A stretch of 63,121 nt of DNA, counting the filler, from Saprolegnia diclina VS20 (Eukaryota), in NCBI RefSeq assembly GCF_000281045.1. It is 4 parts of 3 records of this genome, joined end to end, with 100 filler letters (N's around TTAATTAATTAA, not from the genome) between each part and the next. Parts side by side here need not be neighbours in the genome. Positions count along the whole stretch, not along the records: positions 1 to 22,974 come from NW_008246106.1; 3 more parts are not named here. The stretch is one strand, 5' to 3'. Position 1 is the stretch's first letter, and each line of letters opens with the position of its first letter. Both the position numbers and the translations under genes were made by a program. The notes beneath the pieces are model-generated. The model made no database searches. It was not told the DNA's origin and worked only from the letters and a program-made list of their open reading frames with translations. Below are positions 1 through 11,600 of this stretch, piece after piece.

Positions 1-395
1 TGGGTCGTTGGCGCTTGCGGCGGCGGAGGCCGGACACCGCGGCGCAAATCGTCAAGTATCAAGATGTCAAGCACAAGTGGGGTCTCTTGCTCTGTCTCTG
101 GCCCCACAAAGGCGTGCAAAGAGCGGGCGGCAGTGTCCACTGCCTCTTTGCAACGCGCCCCGAGGCCAAAGCGGTCGTTGGCTTGAGTCAAACCGGCACC
201 GACTGCTTCATCGTGTACCACACTGACGCCAAGACGACCCACTGCGTGCGCGTGAGCCTCTTGCCAAGCATCGATCTGCACCGCCTTCTTAAAGAAATCA
301 AAACAAATAAGGACGCGGCCGTTGGGCACGTGGATCTGGGCGCGCCGACGCCCAGCGTCTACACTGGGGCGAATGCGTCGCCGTGGGTGATGTAA
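1..395 (+). CDS. 3' end of a hypothetical protein (truncated by window edge), resembling C-termini of oomycete-expanded membrane protein families
   Basis: Open frame with coding-like codon usage, ending ...GANASPWVM*. Family assignment is recollection only. Confidence 0.55.
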   Translation, partial: GRWRLRRRRPDTAAQIVKYQDVKHKWGLLLCLWPHKGVQRAGGSVHCLFATRPEAKAVVGLSQTGTDCFIVYHTDAKTTHCVRVSLLPSIDLHRLLKEIKTNKDAAVGHVDLGAPTPSVYTGANASPWVM

Positions 396-1515
396 AAGAC
401 ACTGTCTCTCTCGATTGTTCCAATTAATTGGCGTTAATATGTTGGCGCTGGTTTGCCGAGCGCTTGGTGCGAGCAGCCGTCCCAAGCTTCTTGCCACAGA
501 ATATGTCATTTCGCGCGCCCACGATGATTCGAATGGCCGTAGTTCTCTGGCTGGCTTTGCTTGGCGCGGACCAAGAGTACATATATTGGTACGCTTGTGC
601 AAGCGTAGGCAAAGCCACGGCTGGGTGGTCTCATGCCTCGTCGTCGCTTGTCCACGCGTCACGTCATGGACAGACTCGAGATTCGAGTCGTCGATGAAGA
701 GGACCACATTGCTGTCGCGATGGACGACGAATGGACGCGACGGTTGTGCAGCGAAAGGACAGAGACGACAATTCCCGCGGCACCCATCGCGGCATCGTGG
801 CTGTAGTCACCTATTTGTACCTGTCCGACCGGACGTTCCGACGTCTCCGACTAGAAATCAAAATAAATTAACTTAAAATGGACGATATCGACCAGAAAAA
901 GTGGTCTCCGTCGGACGCCTCAACCGACAAACCGTCTTCTCGCGAGAACACTCGACACTCGGGCCTCGATTTTTCTGATATCGGAACCACCGAAGACGGT
1001 GGTACAACGTCGTCGAATCTTTGCACGGTGCGTTGTTGCATCGCCGCGGCCGTGGGACTTAAACAAAATAAAAATTACAGTGCTAAACAAACTAACATTT
1101 TGCTCGACATGGCTAGTATCCGACTGACACGAATCGACGCATGCCCAGATTGTGGCCGTCTCTGCTGTCGCCACAGCGTGCCACGCGTCACCCGTCGATC
1201 GTGGGCGCCGAGAAGCAGAGGCGTGGAGCGGCACCGGCTGCTTCGTCACACCTCTGATTGGATGACGTAGTCGCTCTTGGCTCCCGTAATCGGACGGCCA
1301 CCGAATGACGTATACGCCGCCTGTCTACTCAACGTCGCCAATCTGACGCTTGCATGGCCACGGGCGCGGTTGCAGCCAATGGGATGCGCGTGTGGCGCTG
1401 ATGCACTGGCGTCATCATTGCACTTGGGCACTTGCAGTTGGCTCCGCCGCCATCCGTGGAAACGCGATGGGACTTTTGCTTTTGCCGTCTCTTGCTCAGT
1501 TCTTAGAGTGCTAGC

Positions 1516-2262
1516 ATGACCATTCCCCGCGTCATGTGGAACATGCTCTCGGGCGTCGTCCGGCGCCGCGTCAACAAGCCCGCGCCCGGCTGCCTCATGG
1601 ACCGGCCGTCGATCTGGAAGACGCGGATCGGCTTCATCGACACGGACCTCAACGTGCATCTCAACAATGCGTCGTACCTGACGCAGATGGAGCTCGCGAT
1701 CTGGTATGCTGTCGCGTACGTACCAGAATGACAATTTAGAAAGTGCAATCTGACCATGCGTCAACTAGACACACGGGTATTCTTGACCGCGTGCTCGCCA
1801 AGCGCTGGTACTTCCTCATCGGGTCCCAAGCCATTCGGTACCGCCACCAGATCCCGCCGCTGCGCCCGATCGAAGTCCACACGCAGACCATCTACTGGGA
1901 CGATACGTGGGTGTACCTGCAGGCGCGCTTCGTGTGCCCCGGCACGGGCAAGCTTTACGCCGAGGGCCTGAGCCGCATCACACTCCGCCATGGCCGCGAC
2001 ACGGTCCACCCGACCAACATGTTTGACGTTGTGTACCAAGTCGAGGTACGCGCTTCTAGCGACTCGATAGGACGATATGTAAATGCGTTGGAATATGTAG
2101 ACGGGCGAGAAGCAGTACGTGCAGCCCGAGATGCCCGACGTCATCCGCGACTACCTTGCGTGGGACGCATCGTCGGCCGTGAGCATGAAGGAGTATGCGC
2201 TCGAACCGACGCCGCGCCTTCCGCTCACGAGCTCGTTCAACTTGCCGTGGGAGAAGCTCTAA
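1516..2262 (+). CDS. Hot-dog fold thioesterase-like protein (THEM6/4HBT-like), 3 exons
   Basis: Motifs DTDLNVHLNNASYL and IRYRHQIPPLRP..YWDDTWVYLQARF. GT-AG introns at 1716-1768 and 2046-2100 join the frames. Stop TAA at 2260-2262. Confidence 0.85.
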
Positions 2263-2877
2263 GTGCATCTTCATTTTTGTACGAATGACTATACGCCTAT
2301 TCTATGACTCGCTTTATCGGCATACGCAACGCTTTGCGCCGTCCAAAAGCTCGTACAGGCTTGACCAAGAGGGCATACTCGAGCTGTGTGACCAGTGCAC
2401 TGCGGCGAGCAAACTGACCGCCATTGACGACGAGGCCGACCGCTACGGGCGACGCCAATGCTCCAGGCCTTTGTCAAGACCTGTCTTGGGATCCCTTTCG
2501 GGCAACAGATCATTCCGCACTAAGATCTGGACGGCTAAGATCCTGATTTCGCCGAAGACTTGTTGTCAACCGGCATGTGAGCACTTTAACCGGTTCGATA
2601 CAGCTAGAGGCACTCACCGCGAAGGTACCTCCGCAGCGAGCAACGTCGCAGTTTGTACATGCAAGGCAGTGCGAGCAACTGGGCCTCGTCGCCATCTTGT
2701 CGTCGTTTTGCGCCGCAATAAGATCGCACTGGCGTGTGACACGCATCCGGTTGCTTCTCACGTATCCGGTATACATCGCGTTCGAGTGGTTTTAAACATT
2801 TTTGTGTTTAAAACAGATATGTCGACGCAAACGTGGTGCGATTTGCGATCTTCTGCCCACGCGGACCACCCACGGCC

Positions 2878-3598
2878 ATGACGATCCCACGCATCCTCTG
2901 GAACATGGGCGCGGGCCTGCTCCGGCGCCGCTTCTCGCCGCCCACGCCCGGCCTCCTGCTTATCGACCGGCCGTCGATCTGGAAGACGCGCATTGGTGCT
3001 ATCGACACGGACCTCAACCTGCATCTCAACAACGCGTCGTACCTGACGCAAATGGAGTCGGCCACGTGGTTCGCCGTCGGGTACAGCGTTTTGCCTTGCT
3101 TTGCACGATTGTACGGTCTACTAGGGCGTCTGGTATCCTCGTGGAGATCCTCCGGCAGCGCTGGCTCTTCCTCGTGGTCTCACAGGCCATTCGGTACCGC
3201 CACCCGATCCCGCCGCTGCGTCCCTTCCATATCCACTCGACTATTGTCTACTGGGACGCTGACTGGCTCTACTTGCAACACCGCTTCGTGTGCCCGGCGA
3301 CGGGTACTCTCTACGCGCAGTCGATCGTGCGGGTCATGATCCGCCTCGGCAAGGCAACCGTGTCGCCGACGACCATGTATCGCACCGTGACCAAAGACGA
3401 GGTAGCTTCGTTTGTGGACAACTTGTCTATTGGGTATGTTTGTAGTCGCGCGCCTTTACGCCGCCGGCCATGCCCGACGAAGTGCGCGATTTTCTGGCGT
3501 GGGAGCGCTCGTGCGCGCACGGCATGCAGCAGTTTGCTGCACCGTCGCGTGCAACGACGACGCCGACGTCTTTCAACTGGCCCTGGACAACCGACTAG
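2878..3598 (+). CDS. Tandem paralog thioesterase-like protein, 3 exons
   Basis: Motifs DTDLNLHLNNASYL and IRYRHPIPPLRPF. Introns at 3081-3124 and 3402-3445 sit at the same positions as in the upstream copy. Confidence 0.85.
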
Positions 3599-3882
3599 GT
3601 AGTCTAGTCCTTTACCGTGGTATTTGCAACCAGTAGGGGTTGTGTCGTCATGTTGTTCATAATCAATACGGCGTGGGCTGTCGAGGATCCACTGCTACCT
3701 CGTTGCCCTTCCGTGTTAGTGCAAGCCACTTGAAGAAACAATGTGTCGAGAGTCAGCATCGCCCTATACATATTTCCCGTCTCCATGTCATCGCGCTTGG
3801 TGTGTTTAGAGGCTAGTAGGGATGTACTAGTTCGCTTGACCGTCCATCATAAAGAGCAATCGAAGACGCAGAAAAGTTGCAT

Positions 3883-4955
3883 TTATGAGCAACACGCTTC
3901 GCTAACTTCCTCGTGCTTGGGCTTGGGCACGATCTTGAACGGCCGGCCTTTGACCTTGGAGCCATTCGCGTTCATGTCTTTGGAGCGTTCGTAGATGCGC
4001 AACACGAGCGCTTCGATCGCGTGCGTGACGCTCGTGACGGTATCGGTTTTTTCGTAGCCAATCGCATCGCTTTGCTGTTGAAACATTTCATGGACCGTGG
4101 CCGCTGAGTCGTGGACATTAGTGTCCTGTAGTTTATAGACAAAACCAACCTTTGCGTTCGTTGAGCTCAAAGAGCTCACAGTCGTTGGTCATGGCCGACG
4201 ACCGCGCAAACATGAGCGCATTTGCGACGCGGTAGGCGTGCACGTCCGCAGGCGGGGCATCGTGGAGCCAGCCGAGGCCCGTCGGCGGGTCCTTGTAAAC
4301 CTAATATGCGCAATCGTACTCCAGTTGCGGAGGTATTCAAGTCGGTACCACATCCAGCAGCAGCTTGTCGACGTCGGCCTCTTGCACATACGACGGCGGC
4401 CGTGGCTCGCCGTTCTTGAGCAAGTCCGACTTGTTCTCCATGAGCATGACGGCCCCGAGGAGGTCCGGGTCGGCGTTTTGCTTGAGGGCACGTAGCCAGC
4501 ACAGCGTTGAGTGGGAGACACCAGGAGAGACCTCTCGGAACGACTGTTTGTTGGTCACATCGTAGACCATAATGGCGCCTACGCTCAACATGAGATCGGC
4601 GCCAACTCACTGCCGCAAGGTGGACCGTTGACGCGGCGGTAGTGGGACGCCGAGATTGCTTGGTACCGCTCTTGGCCGGCCGTGTCCCAGAGATGCGCGG
4701 TGATGTACTGATGCGCCTGGCCAGGCTTCCAGTCCGGTCGCTTGACCTTGACTAGTCAGAAAGGCTTTAGACAGATGGATATGCAAAGAAGAGCGCACCA
4801 GTGGCAAACTCGGGGTTGGTGGTCATGGGACTCATGTCGTTGAACTGGGCGCCGCGCGCGCCGACACCAATGAGATTGGTCTTTCCGACGGCGCCGGACC
4901 CGATCATGATGATCTTGTAGACGGTCTCGCTGGAGGTCTCGGTGCTCACCTCCAT
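3883..4955 (-). CDS. Divergent Rab-family small GTPase (multi-exon)
   Basis: YKIIMIGSGAVGKT (G1), WDTAGQERY (G3, in a second exon), GAIMVYDVT, NKSD (G4), and C-terminal CCS prenylation motif. Confidence 0.85.
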
Positions 4956-5543
4956 GGCTGCAATGGCGTAGGATCCGCGACTGAGCAGCTCACGAGAAGG
5001 CGAAAGGCTGCGACCGTTGGCTATCTATAGCCCGCGTCGCTTCGAATCATGAAACCACCCACCCGCCATTGCGTCACAGCGTGCCACGTCATGGCCCTAA
5101 CCTCGTGCTTTCTACGCGCGACAGTAGAAAACCTACAAATCTACTAAACCAGTAAATCTCTAGCGCAAATCAAGCACAACACATTGGGAAGCATAGACTG
5201 TCCTCCGTCGAGAAACGACCTGCTTCATCACCATGCGCTAGAGCTATACGAAAAGACGGTGGGCCTTAGGAGAACCGTTGATGATAATTCGAGAACGTCC
5301 TGCAACACGAGAACTTGACGTGGCGAAGGACTTGACCCGTGAAAAGGTACGTCCTGGGCATACCATCGCGCCTCTATCATCCATACGACATACGTCTCGC
5401 GCAATGTACAGTGGCGCACAAACTGCAGCCTTGAACGCTACCTCGTACGACGGATCGCCTCCACAGCCAAGGCGTGCGTGTCCACACGCCTTTTCAGTCC
5501 TTGCGCAGCTCACCGCAAATCGCCAAAATTGTCTTTTTAAAGG

Positions 5544-6902
5544 TTAGTAGATGCCAACGCGGCCGAGGAGTTCGCGGTCGACTTCGAAGCAGACGACGCC
5601 GACAAAGTACCCACTCGGATGTACGCCGCCAAACACATGCACGCTCGAGTTGTCAATGTACGTTTCCATGCGGACGTCGTTCAGGTGCATGCGCATGGCA
5701 GCTTTGAGCGGCTGCACAAACTGGCGGCACATGTTGTACGCGCGTGGGTCGCGCACGAGGCCTTCGTCGACGCAGTAGTTGCACACAAAGTCGCCGTTCC
5801 CGATCGGTTCGTACGACTCCCAGTGCTCGTCGTCGCCAAAGAGCCCGGCGCACGCAATCCCAAGGCGCCAGGTTGGGCCACCGCTCGCAGTGTCGAGCGG
5901 CTCTTCGTCGGGCAGCAGCCAGCGGTACATGACTTCGCGTGGCGGCCACACGTCATTGTCTTGCTGCGCGCAAGCATGGCATCCCTCGTCGTTCGTAATG
6001 AGGTCCCAATCGATGCACGCGCAGTCGCTAAAGATGCAGTCGGTCGGGTGCAGCGCCAGGCCAAAGGGACTCGAGGACGCCGGTGACAGCGGACGGTACG
6101 GCAATAGCAGACGATGCAGGTCGGTCGCTGACCATGGCGCGTGCAGTAGTGATGGCGCGTGCAGCAAAATCGGAAACGCACCTTGCACCACGAGCGATTC
6201 GTCGTCGAAGGTGGCTTCTAAGTCGGCGCAGAGCTGCTGAAAGAGCGCGTGCACGGCCAATGCGTCGGCGAGCGGCTGCCAGTTGCTGCCGACAGACGCT
6301 TCTGCATGCTCGGCAAGTCGCTGGGAGGTCATACTGGATGGCCCGTCGCTATCGAGCGCCTCTGCATCGTCGCTGTCGCGGGACCTGTCGTTGTCGTCCA
6401 AGGTGGTATACCGCCGAGACGCGTCGACCGAGTCGTCGCTATCGTAGGCATCGCCAAGGCTGGACGTCGAGTCGACCCAGTCGATTTCAAACGTCTCGGT
6501 CTCGGGGTTGAAGACCCATCCGCCGCGGTCCGCGTTGAAGAGATGGCCTGTGCCACTGAGCCGGCCAAGCAGTCCATGGAAGATAGGGTTCTGCGAGTGC
6601 TGGAAGAACGAGTATAGGCGCCTTTGGTGGCGATGGCGCACCCGCCGCTTCGGGCGGTGGATGGCAGAGTGCGCGGTCGGCGGGCGAAGGCGAAAGATGG
6701 GCTGCCGGTCAAACACATGTGGGTACTGCCGCCGGACGCGAACGCGGAGGACAGCCGAGACCCTGCGCTGGAGGTACGTGCACGTGAGGCCAAGCGCCTC
6801 GAGATCTCTCGCGAAGACGAAGTCCATGAGGTGCGCCGAGACGAAGTCGTCGCCGAGCACAACCGCGATCGAGGCCATCCTGGCCTTTCTGCCAGTCGAC
6901 AT
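5544..6902 (-). CDS. Hypothetical protein with N-terminal F-box-like segment
   Basis: 452-aa intronless ORF. LMDFVFARDLEALGLTCTYLQRRV resembles the F-box C-terminal half. Contains an acidic low-complexity linker. Confidence 0.6.
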   Translation of the reverse strand: MSTGRKARMASIAVVLGDDFVSAHLMDFVFARDLEALGLTCTYLQRRVSAVLRVRVRRQYPHVFDRQPIFRLRPPTAHSAIHRPKRRVRHRHQRRLYSFFQHSQNPIFHGLLGRLSGTGHLFNADRGGWVFNPETETFEIDWVDSTSSLGDAYDSDDSVDASRRYTTLDDNDRSRDSDDAEALDSDGPSSMTSQRLAEHAEASVGSNWQPLADALAVHALFQQLCADLEATFDDESLVVQGAFPILLHAPSLLHAPWSATDLHRLLLPYRPLSPASSSPFGLALHPTDCIFSDCACIDWDLITNDEGCHACAQQDNDVWPPREVMYRWLLPDEEPLDTASGGPTWRLGIACAGLFGDDEHWESYEPIGNGDFVCNYCVDEGLVRDPRAYNMCRQFVQPLKAAMRMHLNDVRMETYIDNSSVHVFGGVHPSGYFVGVVCFEVDRELLGRVGIY

Positions 6903-7603
6903 TGCTGTTTCCAGGGGCTAAATAAACGCAACCTCTCGTCGGCTGCCGACTGCAAGCAACAACCCCGAGCGAGCAACGTCGTTTCAAAGCAGTACAACAA
7001 GTCCAATCTCAATCATGTATCAGCTGAAGAAGTCTGTGTGCGGCTGTGTGGCTGTGTGGCATGCATTTGATCATCGAGACAACAGCGGGGTGGGTGGGTC
7101 TAGTCTATTGTAAAGGGTCAGATGATGGCTGAAACTGCATTTGGTGAATTCGCTGGGAGGAGGTGGATCTATCATCACCTTGCCATGCACGTGGAAGTGA
7201 AACTCAAATTCTGAGAATCGAAACCCAACTGAGTTACACTGTGAGGATCGTCCTTTGTCCTTTGTTGCTGCTGCCTCTCGTAGAGTGCGGTGCGGGACCG
7301 TGTGTGTGAGAAGGCACGTTGGCGCAAACGACTGATCCATTCTGCATGTGATTGGTGGATATCTGATCCATTTGCGTCATTTTTTAGCGATCCAGTGCAT
7401 CGATTGGCCAAAAACCAGTTTGCGCACGTTTGATTGGTGCAAATCCAATGGGAGACTTGCGATTGGCCACAATTGCGACAGCTGGAGATCCTCTACACGT
7501 CGCCGATCTTGTGGCAACTTCAACCCACGTCTTGTTGAAGAAGACGACGACGTTCTCGATGCCAGAGCTCTGGCATCAGATCTGGATTTACCTCACGCAC
7601 AGT

Positions 7604-8068
7604 ATGCAACGCCTCCAGCGCAGCCCGCCGCAGTACCCCATCTCGCCGTCCGACTCGGAGCCGAGCCACTCGCCACTGCTGCGCAGCATGTACCCGACGA
7701 GCTACGAGCTTCTCTCGCCGCTCTCGCTCAGCGAGCCGCAACCGCGGTACCGCAAGCGAAGCTTCCACGACCTCGACGACGACATCTCGCAGGACCGTCG
7801 ATCCGCCGACCTCGCCGCTCGACTTGCACTCCTCCTCCACGCCCGCCGGTGCTTTCGAGACGACTGCCTCGTGCCCAACTGCGCGACGGCTAAAGGCGTG
7901 CTCGAGCACTGCCAAGAATGCGGCGTCGGCCTCGGCAAGTGCCACAGCTCGTGCAACCAGGCCAAAGTCCTACTAAAGCACTATCGCGTCTGCAAGTCGA
8001 ATGCACTACCGTGCCAGCTCTGCGCGACGCTGCGAAAGGACCACGACTGGGCCATTGTCGAGTACTAG
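7604..8068 (+). CDS. TAZ zinc-finger protein
   Basis: LLLHARRC..C.VPNC....VLEHCQEC.....C...C.....LKHYRVC....CQLC matches the TAZ (H-x3-C..C..C)x3 pattern. The start may lie upstream at 7559 or 7448. Confidence 0.8.
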   Translation: MQRLQRSPPQYPISPSDSEPSHSPLLRSMYPTSYELLSPLSLSEPQPRYRKRSFHDLDDDISQDRRSADLAARLALLLHARRCFRDDCLVPNCATAKGVLEHCQECGVGLGKCHSSCNQAKVLLKHYRVCKSNALPCQLCATLRKDHDWAIVEY

Positions 8069-8927
8069 TTGTTGTTTAATTTAGAGTATATAAGAGCATC
8101 CCCAGCAGTCGTTTCCATTTTATTGCTAACGGGTGGCTTTGGAAACGACCAGTTGGCAATGGAAACGGAGCTCCCCAACAGCGTTGCCAAACGTTGCCAA
8201 TCAACAGCTGACAGATCAACATTCCGACGATAGCGAGGCGCTCCACTGGTTCCAAGGTGACGCCGTCGACGCCAGCACCGACTAGGCCCTACTCGCGGCC
8301 ACGCTTAGCGAGAGTCATCAAGGCAGTTCATGACTGTGCGACGGAGCTAACCGCATGTCAGCGGGCGCAGCGACGCCTTGTGTGCAGATATGATTTGCCC
8401 AGATCGCTCAATGCGAGTGCCATCAGAGAGGTTCCTGCTACATCTGGGGTCTCTGTGTTGCAGGCATGGCTGTCCTCAACTGTAGAAAACTCCGAGCTGA
8501 GTTCTGACGGCGTTTTCATGCCTTGAATTCGCCCATTGCCCGTCGCATGGGCCTTAAAAACGATTGGAAATGCTGGCCGATGTTTTTAAAGTCGACCGCG
8601 ATAAAAACGACCAGCGAATTTTTACAAATTTTTAGAAATAAAAACGCCTCTTGGGGAGGTCCGTTTTTAAAAATTGCTATATTTACGTATAAAAACGACT
8701 GCTGGGGATGCTCTAATATGATCGCCGTTTTGCAACCGCGCGAACGTGAGACGCACTGCGTCATTCCAGTCAAGCGAAGCTGAGGCGCGCGAACTTGTGC
8801 GATGTTGCACTTTCTGGATCTAAAAAAATTGGTTTCGCCGTCCCTTCATGTCGGCTTGCCACGTAACCGGCATTGCTTCGCGCATGGTTACTCGTTGTTG
8901 CAGTGCCCAAACCACGAGCGCGCAAGC

Positions 8928-9849
8928 ATGTCGACCACGTCGTCCATAAGCAGTACGAAGCCTCTACCATGCACACAGGCTCACGACCACGCTAGTCGAC
9001 GACTACATTGCCGACGTCACGTACTGCTACCCGACGGCAACGACCGCCAAAGCATCGACAGGTGCCTCGTGCGGTCTCGTGTCGTCTCTTACCGTGTGCG
9101 CACCAAGCCCGTCTACGGTGCACCTGGACCCTTTCCACACGTTAAATCAGCTCAGCCCTGTAGCTCTCTGCAACGTGGTCCGTCAACGTTGTCAATACGT
9201 CTCGTCACTCGGTCCTCTCAGCCGTGCTGGTGGTTTGCACACCGTCAACGCCGTGCGCGTTGGCTACGTCGACTACCGGGACCGTGGCCTTTCTTCCTTT
9301 TAAGCCGCTTCCGCCGGCGCCCTTTAGCATATCACAATCGGTCACGGGGCTTGCCCCCAATGCGACGTACGCCGTGTACGTGCTCTCGTCCGACGCCTCG
9401 TCCGACTATATCGTGTATCATTCCCACCAAGTTCCGCGTCGATGTCATAGTATTCCCTCTCAAGCGGCGTATAGATGCCAGCGGCTCTCGAGAGCGAGCC
9501 GATCGCACAGGCGTCGACGGCACCTCTCGTCCCGTCCACAGCGCAGTCAGCGACAACAACCCCACCACCGCCACTGACGTCGACACCGCCGCCCCGAAGT
9601 AAGACCAGTGAATGACGGGCTCGTGGTAACGCTAGCGCTGTAGCTCGCATGGCTGAACACCAACTTTCGACGGCTGCGATTGTGGGCGTCGTCGTCGCTT
9701 GCTTGCTTCTCGTTGCCGGCGTCGCCTGGTGGGTCCTGCGCTACTCGCGGCGTCGACGGCGCCCGCTCCCCGCGCCGCTTGACACACCCACGGTGTTTGA
9801 TTTGGACCAGGGCAAGTACACGCAGGTTGTCTACGACGAAGAGTTTTAA
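8928..9849 (+). CDS. Probable multi-exon single-pass membrane protein
   Basis: Final exon has a TM helix IVGVVVACLLLVAGVAWWVL followed by RRRRR. Upstream Thr/Pro-rich and SVTGLAPNATYAVYV (FN3-like strand) segments. 5' structure uncertain. Confidence 0.45.
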
Positions 9850-9850
9850 G

Positions 9851-9944
9851 GGGCAATACAGAATTTCAAACGGACAATACAGAGTATTAAACAGACAATA
9901 CAGAGTATCAAACAGCCAATACAGAATATCAAACAGACAACACG
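9851..9944 (+). repeat. 21-bp minisatellite, about 4.4 copies (consensus RGACAATACAGARTATCAAAC)
   Basis: Units start at 9851, 9872, 9893 and 9914, with a partial unit at 9935. Confidence 0.9.
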
Positions 9945-10021
9945 CGACAACGAGGGCTAGGTCTTGTTTGGGATATAATTAGGATAGGAAATAAAAATGG
10001 GCACGACGACAGCATCCGCCA

Positions 10022-11600
10022 TCACGGCAAGAGCGCGAGGTCCGCGCTGGTGCTCGGATCTTTCTGCGCAGTCGCATCGGCCGAGGAAAATTCCTAGTCA
10101 GACGCGTCGCTACGGTCTGCAGGTCGAACGACAAACTACCTCGAGGAGTGAATCGAGCGACGTGGCGTCGTACTCGTGCAGCAAGTTCTTCTCAATGTCA
10201 TCGAGTCGGTTGAAGACACCCTACGCGCAGCCATCACATGAGCCTCGGCCACATACACACACAAGAAGGTCACAGAAGCCATCGGCACATGCTTCAGGTA
10301 GTGGTACATGGACTGGGCCATGCGGCCAATATGAGGACATGGACAAGCATCGCTTCGTACCTCGGCGTCGGCGTCGTTGAAGTTGATGTCGCCGTGAAAC
10401 ATGAGGTCGTCGCCGTGGCCCAGGAGCATGTCGGGGCTCATCTCGACGCCGTCCGGCAGACGCATGTCAAAGCTGTGCGACTTTTCCAAGTTGGGAAAGG
10501 CGGTCGGCGGCGAGAAGAGGCTGAGTGCGTTCGTCGCCTTGGCCACCTTGGGCGCCTTCACGCCGCGGTCGATCGCCAGGCGCTTGGGCTCGGACGGGCC
10601 GAGGAGGAGGTTGGTCGTCGACTCGCGACCTGCTGTCGACGGAATGTCAAAGAGCTTGTCCGAGAGCACAGGCGTCGCAGCCGCAATCGCAGGAAGCGGG
10701 GGCACTTCGACAAACTTGCGTTTCTTGCTGCTTGTCTTTGGCAGCTGGAGCTTGTCGGTGGCGGCGCTGATCGCACTGGCGTCCTGCAGCAAGGGCGCAT
10801 CGTCCATGGCAAGGTACCGGAGCACGTCGAGAAACTCCTTGGGCGCCGCACGGCTGGCGTTGGCCACCAAACTAGACATCCAGAGGTGAGCTATGCGCAA
10901 GGAAAGTACAGTGAGCGTACTCGTCGGTGAGAATCGCGCCGTTCTGGTCGGTGGCGAGCTTGGCCATTTGTCCGCCTTTGCCGCGGTAGATCTGGAAGAG
11001 GACCCAAAAGATCTTCTTCATCTTCTCTTGCATGATCATCTGCTTTTCCTTGGCGGTCTCGAGCTGCTTCCAGAGCTTGATGTTGTCGCTGCGAACAATG
11101 GCATTGTCAATCTCGACGTCGCGGAGCCGCTTCTCCATGAGGTCGCTCTTGGACTTGAGCGACTTCATCTCGCTGAGGATCTCTTCGCTCCACTCGTTGC
11201 GCGCCTTGGCGTCGACGACCGCGGCGGCGGCGGTCGGCGCGGCCGACGTGTTGACCTTGCGCTTGATCTGGTGCAAGAGCTGCGGCTTGTCGCGCAAAAA
11301 CATCTTGTGGCGGAACTCGCGCTTGTTCGAGTCGAGCACGCTCTTGTGGAAGCCATACATGTTGAGCTGGCGCACAAACGAGGGCAGGTTGCGGTGCTTG
11401 AAGAAGCGGGGCAGCACCTGCTTGACAAACACGTCCGGGTCGTGGATGATGATCGTGTCGCCCGCGGGATTCCAGCCGCAGATGTGGCTAAAGTCGGAGC
11501 GCGAGAAGATCTCAAAGGTCTTGCTGAGGAAGGCCGGCAGCACCGCGTCCTTCTCCGGCTCGGTCGTCGTCGGCGTCGCCGGCAGCTCCGTCGTGGCCAT
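10022..11600 (-). CDS. HSF: Heat shock transcription factor (HSF DNA-binding domain + HR-A/B coiled coil), about 4 exons
   Basis: PAFLSKTFEI...VLPRFFKHRNLPSFVRQLNMYGFHK...EFRHKMFLRDKPQLLHQIKRK. Introns at 10872-10920, ~10222-10360 and ~10094-10139. Stop at 10022-10024. Confidence 0.92.

Noticed and set aside
2250..2262. PTS1 peroxisomal signal on thioesterase 1
   Set aside because: The protein ends EKL, not a canonical (S/A/C)KL, and the paralog lacks it.
9851..9944. CRISPR-like array
   Set aside because: Units are contiguous with no unique spacers, there are no cas genes, and the context is eukaryotic.
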